The translations under genes were made by a program, and so were the position numbers. Of a stretch of DNA of 64,000 nt, positions 10,503 through 19,805 are shown in pieces. The notes below the pieces were generated by a model. It was not told the DNA's origin, did no database searches, and was given only the letters and a program-made list of their open reading frames with translations. This stretch comes from an uncultured Alphaproteobacteria bacterium (lineage in GTDB: Bacteria; Pseudomonadota; Alphaproteobacteria; HIMB59; GCA-002718135): positions 21,388-85,387 of the forward strand of contig CACGJH010000005.1 of assembly GCA_902573325.1 (NCBI GenBank), read 5' to 3'. Within the stretch, counting starts at the first letter, position 1. Every line of letters starts with the position of its first letter.

Positions 10503-11789
10503 TTACTTACCTATACAAAAATCACTAAATATTATATCTAAAATTTTCTCAATATCAAATTTTTGATTGATTCCATCAATATACATAATTGATCTTCTAA
10601 CATTTTCAGCAGCAATATCTATTTCTTTTAAATCTAAGCTTTTAAGTATTACAAGGGATTTCTTTAGGCTTTCCATATGTCTTTCACGTGAAAAGACTGG
10701 TCCAGAAATTGGTTTTTTCTTTAATTTTGAGGATATAGTTTTAATAAGAGGCTCAATTCCATAACCAGATACTGATGAAATATTATGTGCCCCTCTAATT
10801 TTCTTTTTATTTGTATCATATTTTGATTTAACAAATATTTTTGATTTAATTTTATTGTAGTTATTCTTTTCATTGTTTTTGAGAAAAACTATATTTAAAT
10901 CAGACTTTTCAGCGCTCTCTAAGGATCTTTCAATACCTATTTTTTCAATTAAATTCTTATATTTTCTTATTCCAGCTGTATCAATAAATGTGTATTTATC
11001 TCCTTTTATATCTAACGTGGAGCTTACTAAATCTGTTGTGGTCCCTGGTATATTAGTAACTATAGAAACCTCCTTGTTATTAATATAATTAATAAAGGAA
11101 GATTTTCCTGTGTTTGGCTTTCCAATAATGGTTATTTTAAAACCGTTATGAATTTGTCTAGATAAAGTTGATCTTTCAATAATATTTTCAATTTTTTTAT
11201 ATATGTTCTTATTTTGTTCTTTTATGTTTTTATATATTTCTTTAGGAAGGTCTTCATCAGTAAAATCAATTATGGCCTCTATATCTGCTAGAAGTTTTTT
11301 TTGTTTATTTGATATTTCATTAACTAATTTATCTAAATTTCCACTTAAATTACCAATGGCTGTTTTTCTTTGATTTTCAGTTTCTGCATTAACCAAATCA
11401 TTAATTGTTTCAGCTTCTAATAGACTAAGCTTATCATTCATTAGAGCTCTTTTGGTAAACTCTCCGGGCTCAGCTAGTCTGATCTGTTTTTTTAAAAGGG
11501 TTTTAGTTATTTTGTTAATTACAGAAATACTTCCATGACAAGATATTTCCACCATATCCTCGCCTGTATAGCTTTTTGGTGATTTAAAAAAAGTTGTTAG
11601 CGTCTGATCTACAACGCTCTTTCCGTCTAATAAATCGTTTAATGTAGCAAAGTTTGTTTTAAATTTTTTTCTAGAAGATATTGATTTAATTATTGTATGA
11701 GCGCCTTTTCCCGAAACCCTAAAAACAGCTATACCTGATTTACCTCTTTGCGTAGCAAGAGCAAAAATTGTCTCTTCTGAAGCTTTCAT
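10503..11789 (-). CDS. mnmE: tRNA modification GTPase MnmE (TrmE)
   Basis: 428 aa with G1 GKPNTGKSS and G3 DTAGIR. C-terminal ...FCIGK is the conserved MnmE CxGK tail. Confidence 0.95.
   Translation of the reverse strand: MKASEETIFALATQRGKSGIAVFRVSGKGAHTIIKSISSRKKFKTNFATLNDLLDGKSVVDQTLTTFFKSPKSYTGEDMVEISCHGSISVINKITKTLLKKQIRLAEPGEFTKRALMNDKLSLLEAETINDLVNAETENQRKTAIGNLSGNLDKLVNEISNKQKKLLADIEAIIDFTDEDLPKEIYKNIKEQNKNIYKKIENIIERSTLSRQIHNGFKITIIGKPNTGKSSFINYINNKEVSIVTNIPGTTTDLVSSTLDIKGDKYTFIDTAGIRKYKNLIEKIGIERSLESAEKSDLNIVFLKNNEKNNYNKIKSKIFVKSKYDTNKKKIRGAHNISSVSGYGIEPLIKTISSKLKKKPISGPVFSRERHMESLKKSLVILKSLDLKEIDIAAENVRRSIMYIDGINQKFDIEKILDIIFSDFCIGK
10682..10693. promoter_or_regulatory. parS-like palindrome (site 2), inside the 3' part of mnmE
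   Basis: An identical TTTCACGTGAAA 12-mer 191 bp from site 1. It encodes FSRE in mnmE. Confidence 0.5.
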
Positions 11790-11851
11790 TTTTTGGGAAT
11801 TAAACCCAAGATGATATTAAGTAAATAAGAAAGATTATAAAAAAATTATAT

Positions 11852-13108
11852 TTATTTAGTTCCCATGCTTTGGAAGAATTCGCTGTTAGTTTTTGTATTT
11901 TTCATTTTATCTAATAAGAACTCCATGGCTTCTGTACTTCCCATTGGGGCTAGTATTTTTCTTAAAATAAAGATTTTTCCAAGCTCATCTTTATCAAGCA
12001 ATAATTCTTCTTTTCTTGTTCCCGACTTACCAATATCAAAAGCTGGATAGGTTCTTTTTTGGCTTAGTTTTCTATCTAGGACCATTTCGCTGTTACCAGT
12101 ACCTTTAAATTCTTCAAATATAACCTCATCCATTCTGCTTCCTGTATCTATTAAAGCAGTCGCAATGATTGTAAGTGAGCCACCTTTTTCTACATTCCTT
12201 GCAGCTCCGAAAAATCTTTTTGGTCTTTGTAAGGCATTGGCATCAACGCCACCTGTTAATACTTTTCCACTAGAAGGTACAACAGTATTATATGCTCTTC
12301 CAAGTCTGGTGATTGAATCAAGAAGGATTACAACATCATGTTTATATTCAACAAGTCTTTTAGCTTTTTCAATTACCATTTCAGCGACCTGAACGTGGCG
12401 TGAAGCAGGTTCATCAAAGGTTGAACTAATCACCTCACCTTTAACTGATCTTTGCATGTCTGTAACTTCTTCTGGTCTTTCATCAATTAGCAGAACAATC
12501 AGTTTAGCGTCTGGACTATTAGCAGTTATAGCATTAGCAATTTTTTGCATAATTATTGTTTTACCTGTGAAGGGTTGCGCAACAATTAATTGTCTTTGTC
12601 CTTTTCCAAGAGGAGCAATAATATCAATTATTCTTTCTGTATTATCCGGCATAGGTTTCTCTTGTTCAAGCTTGAACCTTGCTTCAGGATACAATGGTGT
12701 TAAATCTTCAAAGTTAACCCTGTTTTTAACTAAATCAGTTTCTTGACCGTTTATTTTGTTAATTTTGGTTATGGCAAAATATCTTTCTCCTTGCTTTGGA
12801 GATCTAATTTCACCTTCAACACTATCACCCGTTCTTAAGCTAAATTTTTTAATTTGAGACGGAGAAATATAGATATCATCTGGTCCTGGAAGATAATTTG
12901 ACTCTGAAGACCTTAAAAAACCGAAACCATCTTGCATAATTTCAATAACCCCTAAACCAGTAATAATCTCACCCTCTTCAGCAATTGTTTTTAGAATTGC
13001 AAACATCAAATCTTGTTTTCTAAGAGACGAAGGGTTTTCTATACCAAGTTTGTCTGCCTGTTTTAAAAGCTCTTGGGGTTCTTTTCCTTTTAATTCCTGT
13101 AAATTCAT
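11852..13108 (-). CDS. rho: Transcription termination factor Rho
   Basis: 418 aa. N-terminal [15 protein letters not shown]..., RNA-binding domain GFGFLR, and Walker A PFTGKT. Rho-like throughout. Confidence 0.97.
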   Translation of the reverse strand: MNLQELKGKEPQELLKQADKLGIENPSSLRKQDLMFAILKTIAEEGEIITGLGVIEIMQDGFGFLRSSESNYLPGPDDIYISPSQIKKFSLRTGDSVEGEIRSPKQGERYFAITKINKINGQETDLVKNRVNFEDLTPLYPEARFKLEQEKPMPDNTERIIDIIAPLGKGQRQLIVAQPFTGKTIIMQKIANAITANSPDAKLIVLLIDERPEEVTDMQRSVKGEVISSTFDEPASRHVQVAEMVIEKAKRLVEYKHDVVILLDSITRLGRAYNTVVPSSGKVLTGGVDANALQRPKRFFGAARNVEKGGSLTIIATALIDTGSRMDEVIFEEFKGTGNSEMVLDRKLSQKRTYPAFDIGKSGTRKEELLLDKDELGKIFILRKILAPMGSTEAMEFLLDKMKNTKTNSEFFQSMGTK

Positions 13109-13530
13109 AATGTTGTTGGGGTAATTTAGAAATGAAATATTTTAATAATCAAAATTGAAGTTAATGTCAAAATAATAATAAATATATAATTTATATATTT
13201 AATTGTAGTATTAGTTGTAAGGTTAAAAAGCTTAATTACTGCTTTATTATCGTATCATTCTTTATTTACCAACATATGAACAACAAACCTAACAAATATG
13301 TTAATTTAAAGAATATTGAAAAAAAATTATTATTTTTAAATAATTTGCAATGTAATAAATATCTAATAACTTGTTATTAATTTTGTATAATAAATATATT
13401 AACACCCACCCTATAAAATTTAGACAAGTTATTAAGTTGTTGACAACATATTTTTAAAACAAAAGAACTATTTCTTAAATTCAAATTATATTTAATAATG
13501 TTTATAACTATAATTTTTATTAACACACTT
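13109..13530. other. Largest non-coding gap in the window; candidate oriC and/or rho leader plus divergent promoters
   Basis: Lies between divergent rho and maf, at the position of Cori in the conserved alphaproteobacterial neighbourhood. Contains a 36-nt pure A+T run (13169-13204) with a 21-bp palindrome (13180-13200), and an 11-bp inverted repeat TAATAACTTGT (13364-13374 / 13424-13434). I found no DnaA box within 2 mismatches. Confidence 0.3.
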
Positions 13531-14121
13531 ATGCACCAAAAATTTATATTAGCTAGCTCAAGTAAATCTAGATATAAAATATTGAAAAACGCAGGATTAA
13601 AATTCACACAAAAAAAACCAAACTGCAACGAAGAAGATATTAAAAAAACCATCAACAGAAAAACAAAGCCTGAGATTTTTGCAAAAAAACTTTCTTACGA
13701 AAAAGCAAGAAGTGTAAGTAGACAAAAACAGTATGCCAACGAAATTGTTTTAGGCTGTGATACTGTCATTTATCACAATGGAAAAATTTTAGATAAAGTA
13801 AACTCTATTGAGAAAGCCCAAAAAAAAATCAAATCTCTATCAGGAAAGACACATCAAATAGTATCGGGCCTAACTATTTGTTTAAATGGTTCTAAGATTT
13901 GGGAAAATTATGAAAAAACTCATGTTAAAATAAGAAGGCTTAATAATAGTGAAATAAAAATATACTTAAAAAAAACAGGTAAACAAATATTAAGCTCTGT
14001 TGGATGTTATCAAATAGAGAGCTTGGGGCCAAATATTATTGAAAGCATAAAAGGAGATTATTTTAATGTTATGGGATTGCCTTTATTTAATTTGCTAGAT
14101 TATTTATATTCAAAAAAATGA
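13531..14121 (+). CDS. maf: Maf-like nucleoside triphosphate pyrophosphatase
   Basis: The N-terminus MHQKFILASSSKSR matches the Maf LILAS-S-R motif. I prefer ATG 13531 to the track's 13498. ATGA overlap with aroE. Confidence 0.85.
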   Translation: MHQKFILASSSKSRYKILKNAGLKFTQKKPNCNEEDIKKTINRKTKPEIFAKKLSYEKARSVSRQKQYANEIVLGCDTVIYHNGKILDKVNSIEKAQKKIKSLSGKTHQIVSGLTICLNGSKIWENYEKTHVKIRRLNNSEIKIYLKKTGKQILSSVGCYQIESLGPNIIESIKGDYFNVMGLPLFNLLDYLYSKK

Positions 14122-14900
14122 AAAAGCTTTACGTAGTTGGGAATAGGGCATCTAAAAGTCTTTCACCAATGATATTTAACTATTGGTTTAAAAAATATAA
14201 CATTCAAGCAAGTTATGGATATTTAGAGCTTACAGAAAAAAACTTTCATAAAAAAATAAAAGAGATTTTGGAAAAGAAAAATACACTTGGCTTAAACGTA
14301 ACCATTCCATTTAAAAAAAAAATTATCAAACATCTTGGTAAGATAGATGCTCATGCAAAAAAAATTGGTGCGGTAAATTGTGTAACAAATAAAAAAACCA
14401 TAAATGGAACCAATACTGATTGGACAGGATATTACAGAACTCTGCCAAATATAAAAAAAACCAAAAACAGAAAGGTTGTTATTCTGGGGTATGGAGGCGC
14501 ATCACACGCCATTCACTATGTTTTAAAGAAGAGGGGTTTTAAGGATATTTTAATTTTCAATAGATCTAAGAAAAAAATTAAGTATTCAAACAAGACTAAG
14601 TATACAAAAACATACAGCAATCTTGATACACACCTTAAAGGAGTTTTTTTAATAATTAATACCACACCAACAAACCCCATATTGAAAAAACACCTAAAAC
14701 TTATTAGTAAGTCTACAATTGTAAGCGACATTGTTTACAACCCAAAAAACACTTCATTTCTTAAACAGTTTCCTACGAATAAAAAGATTTATGGAATATC
14801 AATGTTGATTGAACAGGCTAAGCCGTGTTTTAAAATGTGGTTTGGTAAAAACCCGTCTGTAGATGAAAAAATGCTTAACGCTATTTATAAAAAAATTTAA
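14118..14900 (+). CDS. aroE: Shikimate 5-dehydrogenase
   Basis: 260 aa with SKSLSPMIFN substrate motif and GYGGASHAI nucleotide-binding loop. Conserved maf-aroE-coaE order. Confidence 0.85.
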   Translation: MKKLYVVGNRASKSLSPMIFNYWFKKYNIQASYGYLELTEKNFHKKIKEILEKKNTLGLNVTIPFKKKIIKHLGKIDAHAKKIGAVNCVTNKKTINGTNTDWTGYYRTLPNIKKTKNRKVVILGYGGASHAIHYVLKKRGFKDILIFNRSKKKIKYSNKTKYTKTYSNLDTHLKGVFLIINTTPTNPILKKHLKLISKSTIVSDIVYNPKNTSFLKQFPTNKKIYGISMLIEQAKPCFKMWFGKNPSVDEKMLNAIYKKI

Positions 14901-15490
14901 TGACAAAAATCATAGCAATAACAGGCGGTATAGGATCTGGTAAATCTACCCTTTGTAGTAAATTAAAAGATAAGGGTTTTAAAATTCATAGTTCAGATGA
15001 GCAGGTGGCTAAAATATACAAAAACCCTGATAAAAAATTTTTTACTTATTTGCGTACTATAGGTTTATCAAAGTCCATTTCAAAAAAAAACATTGATAAA
15101 AATATCATATCAAAAATTATTTTTGAAAATAAACAGATAAGAAAAAAACTTGAGTTATATATATTTAAGTTAGTTAGAAAAAAGAGGTCTGATTTTATAA
15201 AACAAGAAAAAGAAAAAAAAACCAGATTAATATTTATTGATATACCCCTGTTGTTTGAAAACAATTTAGAGAAACAATTCCACACAGTAATATCTATACT
15301 AGCCTCAAAACAAGTAAGATTAAAAAGATTAAAAAAGACAAGGAAAATGACAGAAACACAGTTTAAAAATATAATTAAGTCTCAAACCTCAGACGTTATA
15401 AGAAAAAATAAATCTGATTATGTTATTTACAATAACTCGACATTAAAAGATTATAAAACCAAGATTAATAAGTTAATAAATAAACTTTAA
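14900..15490 (+). CDS. coaE: Dephospho-CoA kinase
   Basis: 196 aa with P-loop ITGGIGSGKST. TAATG overlap with aroE. Confidence 0.88.
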   Translation: MTKIIAITGGIGSGKSTLCSKLKDKGFKIHSSDEQVAKIYKNPDKKFFTYLRTIGLSKSISKKNIDKNIISKIIFENKQIRKKLELYIFKLVRKKRSDFIKQEKEKKTRLIFIDIPLLFENNLEKQFHTVISILASKQVRLKRLKKTRKMTETQFKNIIKSQTSDVIRKNKSDYVIYNNSTLKDYKTKINKLINKL

Positions 15491-15498
15491 TTTAAACA

Positions 15499-16173
15499 AT
15501 GAGGGAAATAGTAATTGATACAGAAACCACTGGTCTTGACTACAAGACTGGCGATAGAATAATAGAAGTTGGTTGCGTGGAACTCAATAACTACGTTCCT
15601 ACAGGAAACACTCTTCAATTTTATTGCAAACCAGATAGAAGCATCAGCGAAGGCGCAAAAAATATTGTAGGTATCTCAGATGGTTTTCTTAATCAACAAA
15701 AATCATTTGAAGAAAACCACAAAGAGCTTTTGAGCTTTTTGAAAAATGACACATTAATAATTCACAATGCGTCATTTGATTTGGGCTTTATAAATAATGA
15801 ATTATCAATCCTGGGTTTGCCCCATTTAGATAATCCTGTGGTGGATACAGTTTCTCTTGCAAGAGAAGTTTTAAACACAAGAATAGCCAATCTAGACTAT
15901 TTGTGTAGAAGGTTTAATATTGATTTATCAGACAGATCATTCCATGGAGCCTTGCTTGACTCTCAGCTTTTAGCCGCAGTTTATTTGGAGTTAAGAGGGG
16001 GTAAGCAGTTCTCTATGGAGTTAGATTCAAAAATTGAAGAAAAAAATACTCAAATTATCAACAAAAACGAAACAAAAACTAAAATTGTAGAAGTTAATAA
16101 AGATGATTATCTTGCTCACAAAGAAATGTTAAAAAAACTAAAAAACCCCCTCTGGAAAAAATTTAACTATTAA
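15499..16173 (+). CDS. dnaQ: DNA polymerase III epsilon subunit (3'-5' exonuclease)
   Basis: 224 aa. Exo I VIDTETTGLD, Exo II IIHNASFDLGFI, Exo III HGALLDSQLLA. Confidence 0.92.
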   Translation: MREIVIDTETTGLDYKTGDRIIEVGCVELNNYVPTGNTLQFYCKPDRSISEGAKNIVGISDGFLNQQKSFEENHKELLSFLKNDTLIIHNASFDLGFINNELSILGLPHLDNPVVDTVSLAREVLNTRIANLDYLCRRFNIDLSDRSFHGALLDSQLLAAVYLELRGGKQFSMELDSKIEEKNTQIINKNETKTKIVEVNKDDYLAHKEMLKKLKNPLWKKFNY

Positions 16174-16203
16174 TATTTAAAAAAGTTATTATATTAAAAT
16201 CAA

Positions 16204-16785
16204 ATGATATACGGTGACCTTCAATTTTTTGATATTCTAATTTTTGCAGCTATTGCTGGATTTATTATTTATAGATTAAGAAGTGTTCTAGGGAAGAGAA
16301 CAGGATTTCAAAAAAATATTTCAGAGCCAAAACCTCAAGAAACCAAAAAACAAGAAGATGTACAAAAAATACCATCACTAATGGATAATGAGACAAAGCT
16401 TGAGGCTGTATATAAAAAAGTAAATAGTTTTAATCACAGAGAGTTTCTTGATGGTGCCAAGAAAGCGTTTGAAATTATAATTTCTTCTTTCAACAATGGA
16501 GATAAAAAAACTCTGAAAAATCTTGTGTCTAAAGATGTTTATTCTGCTTTTGAAAAAGCGATTGATGAAAAAACAAACAATCCAGAATCACAATTCTATT
16601 CACTAATTGTAGAGGGCATCGCAGATGCGAAAGTAGAAAATGACACAATATCAATATCGGTCAATTTTATTAGTGAACAGATGCTAAATAATGATGAGGG
16701 TTCAATTGTTAAAAATAAAGATACCTGGACTTTTGAAAAACCAGTAAACTCCTCTAGTCCTATATGGATATTAACTCAAACTTAA
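16204..16785 (+). CDS. Tim44-like domain membrane protein
   Basis: 193 aa with an N-terminal TM (ILIFAAIAGFIIYRL) and a C-terminal Tim44-like fold region. In the conserved alphaproteobacterial position after dnaQ. Confidence 0.65.
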   Translation: MIYGDLQFFDILIFAAIAGFIIYRLRSVLGKRTGFQKNISEPKPQETKKQEDVQKIPSLMDNETKLEAVYKKVNSFNHREFLDGAKKAFEIIISSFNNGDKKTLKNLVSKDVYSAFEKAIDEKTNNPESQFYSLIVEGIADAKVENDTISISVNFISEQMLNNDEGSIVKNKDTWTFEKPVNSSSPIWILTQT

Positions 16786-16788
16786 TAT

Positions 16789-17217
16789 TTGTCTCTTAAA
16801 GAACTCAAAGACCGAATTAAAAAAAACGAGGGTTATTCTGATAAGCCTTATCAAGATCAATTAGGGTTTTATACTATTGGTTATGGCCATCTCATTACAG
16901 AAAAAGAAAATAAATATTACGTTAAAAAATTTAAAAAAAAACATTTTGAAGAATTGTTTGAGACAGACTTTAAAAAAGCACACGAACAATACAAAAAAAA
17001 ATTTTTTAAAAAAAACCACACAACTTCAGAGAAGGAATTATTAATAGAAATGATTTTTCAAATAGGAGCAAAAGGCGTCTCTAAATTTAAGAAAATGCTT
17101 TATTTTCTAAACAAAAAACAAAAATTCATGGCATCACTAGAGATGTTAGACAGCTTATGGTATTTGCAAACACCTGAAAGAGTAAAGAATTTAATTAAAA
17201 ACTATAAAAAAAAATAA
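16789..17217 (+). CDS. T4-type lysozyme (GH24 muramidase) homologue, no signal peptide
   Basis: 142 aa with a TTG start. NEGYSDKPYQDQLGFYTIGYGHLI aligns with T4 lysozyme [24 protein letters not shown], conserving the catalytic Glu, Asp and Thr. The C-terminal IEMIFQIGAKGVSKF...WYLQTPERVKNLI aligns with INMVFQMGETGVAGF...WYNQTPNRAKRVI. Confidence 0.85.
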   Translation: MSLKELKDRIKKNEGYSDKPYQDQLGFYTIGYGHLITEKENKYYVKKFKKKHFEELFETDFKKAHEQYKKKFFKKNHTTSEKELLIEMIFQIGAKGVSKFKKMLYFLNKKQKFMASLEMLDSLWYLQTPERVKNLIKNYKKK

Positions 17218-17756
17218 TGGAAGAAGATTTTTTTCTAAAAAATATGAAGGGTGTAAAACCTTTTAAAAAAGATACCTCCATAGCTAAAAGTAAAACAACT
17301 AATAAAAAAAAAGTAAAATTAAATAAAAAAACTAATACTGAAAATACCAGCAAAAAAACAATAACTGAACACAAAGTTAGTAGCTCAGAGTTTAATTTAT
17401 CATTTGGTGAGGTTAATAAGGAGCTTAAGCGGGGAAAAATTAATATTGACAGAAGAATTGATCTTCACGGGTACGGTTTAGTCGAAGCACATGAAAAATT
17501 TATAAGTGAGGTGAAAAAAAATTATAACAAGAATAAAAGATGTTTGCTTATAATTACTGGAAAGGGTGTTCATAAAAAAATTCAAGATGAGCAAGACACA
17601 ACCCCTAAACTTTTCTATGGAAAGATTAAAAACTCAATAATAAACTGGATAAACGAAGACAATCTTAAGAAATATATTCTAACATATCAAGATGCGGGCT
17701 TTGAACATGGTGGTGACGGCGCTCTTTTTGTCTATTTAAGAAAAAAAAAGTTTTAA
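17217..17756 (+). CDS. Smr (MutS2-like small nuclease) domain protein
   Basis: 179 aa with a Lys-rich N-terminus. Smr motifs IDLHGYGLVEAH and LLIITGKG. TAATG overlap with the lysozyme gene. Confidence 0.8.
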   Translation: MEEDFFLKNMKGVKPFKKDTSIAKSKTTNKKKVKLNKKTNTENTSKKTITEHKVSSSEFNLSFGEVNKELKRGKINIDRRIDLHGYGLVEAHEKFISEVKKNYNKNKRCLLIITGKGVHKKIQDEQDTTPKLFYGKIKNSIINWINEDNLKKYILTYQDAGFEHGGDGALFVYLRKKKF

Positions 17757-18424
17757 ATTCTTTCTAACTTAAATACCCTTTTTTTGAAATGAATAAGAAT
17801 TTCATATGGAAGTAAATCATCTTTAACTAAAAATTCAATTTTTTTTAAATCATTTCTTTTATGGTCAGCCCAAATATTTACATAGTCTTCAATTTCTAAA
17901 ATTATATTTCCATCCTCACTTTCGTTTTGTTTAAGTGTGTAAATTCTTCTCCCATCAATTGTTTTTGCCTCATTTTCTCCATTTAAAATATTTATAAAAG
18001 AGGTAATTGGGTCAAAATATAAATATAAGTCTTCTAGGTCTACTCTAGCTATTTCTTCTTCTATAGGCTCTTGTTTTAATTCAATTAAATAATCATCAAA
18101 GGACATTTTAACTATTTTAGTTTTCTTATTAGTTTTCCAAAACTGTTTATAATTCTGGGTCTTAAATATGTTGTTTTCAATAACCCCAGTTGAAAGATAG
18201 CTTCCTTCAAATTTATATAAAGGTGAAAAAATGCCAGAATTTTTCAAATTAATTTCTGTTTGATAAATATTGTCATTAATGTTTAATGACCAACTAAAAT
18301 TACCAATTTTTATTCCTGTTGTGCTGACTTTATACTCTGCACTAAAATTATTTGCATAGGATGTGTTAATTACAAATATAATAAAAAATACTAGAAATTT
18401 ATTCAAACACAACCTCGTAAACAT
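17753..18424 (-). CDS. Secreted hypothetical protein, possibly DUF3108 family
   Basis: About 223 aa with signal-like FLVFFIIFVINTSYA. Predicted beta-rich. Overlaps the upstream GT39 gene by 26 nt. The family call is tentative. Confidence 0.35.
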   Translation of the reverse strand: MFTRLCLNKFLVFFIIFVINTSYANNFSAEYKVSTTGIKIGNFSWSLNINDNIYQTEINLKNSGIFSPLYKFEGSYLSTGVIENNIFKTQNYKQFWKTNKKTKIVKMSFDDYLIELKQEPIEEEIARVDLEDLYLYFDPITSFINILNGENEAKTIDGRRIYTLKQNESEDGNIILEIEDYVNIWADHKRNDLKKIEFLVKDDLLPYEILIHFKKRVFKLERI

Positions 18425-19805
18425 CAAGTTTTCTTTTTGTAAATTTCTGACCAGGTGAATTTACTTTTAACACCTTATATTCATTCTCTAAATAATTTAT
18501 ATCTGAGGGACTACCAATTAAAGTAAAGTTCTCATTCATATTTTTATTAAGAGGAGATACAATTTTAAAGTGGTTTGTTATTTCACTACCTTCATTATGT
18601 GGCATATAGAAATTAATACCCTTATCTCTTAATTCAAAATTAAGGCTTGAAAATAAAAGCCGATCTGAAACTGCTATATTTTTTACGACACCACCTGAAG
18701 AACTAGTGTAAATTTTTAGAGCATAATCATTTATACCACTTATTCGGTCAAAAATTTTAGACGGATAGCTCATTCCAATCATTACAAAAAGAATTAAGCA
18801 GACAATAAAATTAAACATGTAATTAGCTATCTTTAAAAAAGAATTATTAATTCTAATATATAAAAGAGCAAATAAAGAAATTAAAGCTGGAGCAGCCCAA
18901 TTTGCATTAGCTCTTACAATAATAGCTTCTACTAAAACAATTAAAATTATAGGTATAGAAAATATTAGAAAAATTTTTTGAATATAGTTCCATTTATTAA
19001 ATCCAAATATCCCACCCAAAACCATAAACGGGCCTAACATTAAAACTTGAATTAACAAAAATTCTAAACCTCTAATGAGATCTATTTCAATATTTCCAAA
19101 ATTTGCATTATCCGAAGTATGCTGAAGTGTTATCCAGTCATTATTAAAGTTCCAAATAATATTTGGTACGATAATTACAAATATACATAAAAAGGTAAGA
19201 CAAAAACCAAATAAATTATCCAAAAAAATTTGTCTAAATCTTTTATCAAATAAAATTAAAACAAATAAACAAATCACAAAATAAATAGCTGCGTATTTTG
19301 ATAAAAAACCTAACCCTAGAAAAATACCTAATAATATAAAATTTTTTAAACCTTGTTCACTATTGATCTTAATTAATTCACTAAGTGAAAGTGTCCAAAA
19401 TAATAATAAAAAAAGATCAGTACTAATTATAAAAGATGAAAAAGAAACAGCGGGTATAAATAAAAAAATTAAACAACCTGCAAATGAATCTTTTTTATTT
19501 AGTCCAGAGTTGAGTAAAAGATTATAAATACTCCAGGAAATCAATAAATAAACAAACGATGGGAGAAGCTTTAATGAAACAAAACTACTGCCTAATATTT
19601 CTGTATAAACTCTTATTATCCAGGACAAAAGTGGGGGTTTCGAAAAATAACCAAAGTCAATATCTTTTGACCATAACCAATACTGTGCTTCATCACCAAA
19701 CAAATTAAAGGTAGTAAAATTTAAGGCGCCAATTTTTAATAAAAGTAAAAAAATAAATGATGGCAATAAAATTTTATTTAACATAATATTTTTTATACCA
19801 TTCAA
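18399..19805 (-). CDS. GT-C fold glycosyltransferase (family 39, ArnT/PMT-like)
   Basis: 468 aa and polytopic. The first periplasmic loop GDEAQYWLWSKDIDFGYFSKPPLLSWI is typical of ArnT-like undecaprenyl-phosphate-sugar-dependent transferases. Confidence 0.65.
   Translation of the reverse strand: MNGIKNIMLNKILLPSFIFLLLLKIGALNFTTFNLFGDEAQYWLWSKDIDFGYFSKPPLLSWIIRVYTEILGSSFVSLKLLPSFVYLLISWSIYNLLLNSGLNKKDSFAGCLIFLFIPAVSFSSFIISTDLFLLLFWTLSLSELIKINSEQGLKNFILLGIFLGLGFLSKYAAIYFVICLFVLILFDKRFRQIFLDNLFGFCLTFLCIFVIIVPNIIWNFNNDWITLQHTSDNANFGNIEIDLIRGLEFLLIQVLMLGPFMVLGGIFGFNKWNYIQKIFLIFSIPIILIVLVEAIIVRANANWAAPALISLFALLYIRINNSFLKIANYMFNFIVCLILFVMIGMSYPSKIFDRISGINDYALKIYTSSSGGVVKNIAVSDRLLFSSLNFELRDKGINFYMPHNEGSEITNHFKIVSPLNKNMNENFTLIGSPSDINYLENEYKVLKVNSPGQKFTKRKLDVYEVVFE

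Noticed and set aside
13440-13470. TTGACA at 13440-13445 as the -35 element of a maf promoter.
   Set aside because: No acceptable TATAAT-like hexamer lies at 16-18 nt spacing (AAAGAA/AAGAAC). In DNA this AT-rich, isolated hexamer matches are uninformative.
16789-17217. Prophage or phage remnant around the T4-lysozyme-like gene.
   Set aside because: No holin, spanin, capsid, tail, integrase or att-like repeats are present. The neighbours are conserved housekeeping genes with translational coupling. It is kept as a finding about a domesticated lysozyme, not as a mobile element.
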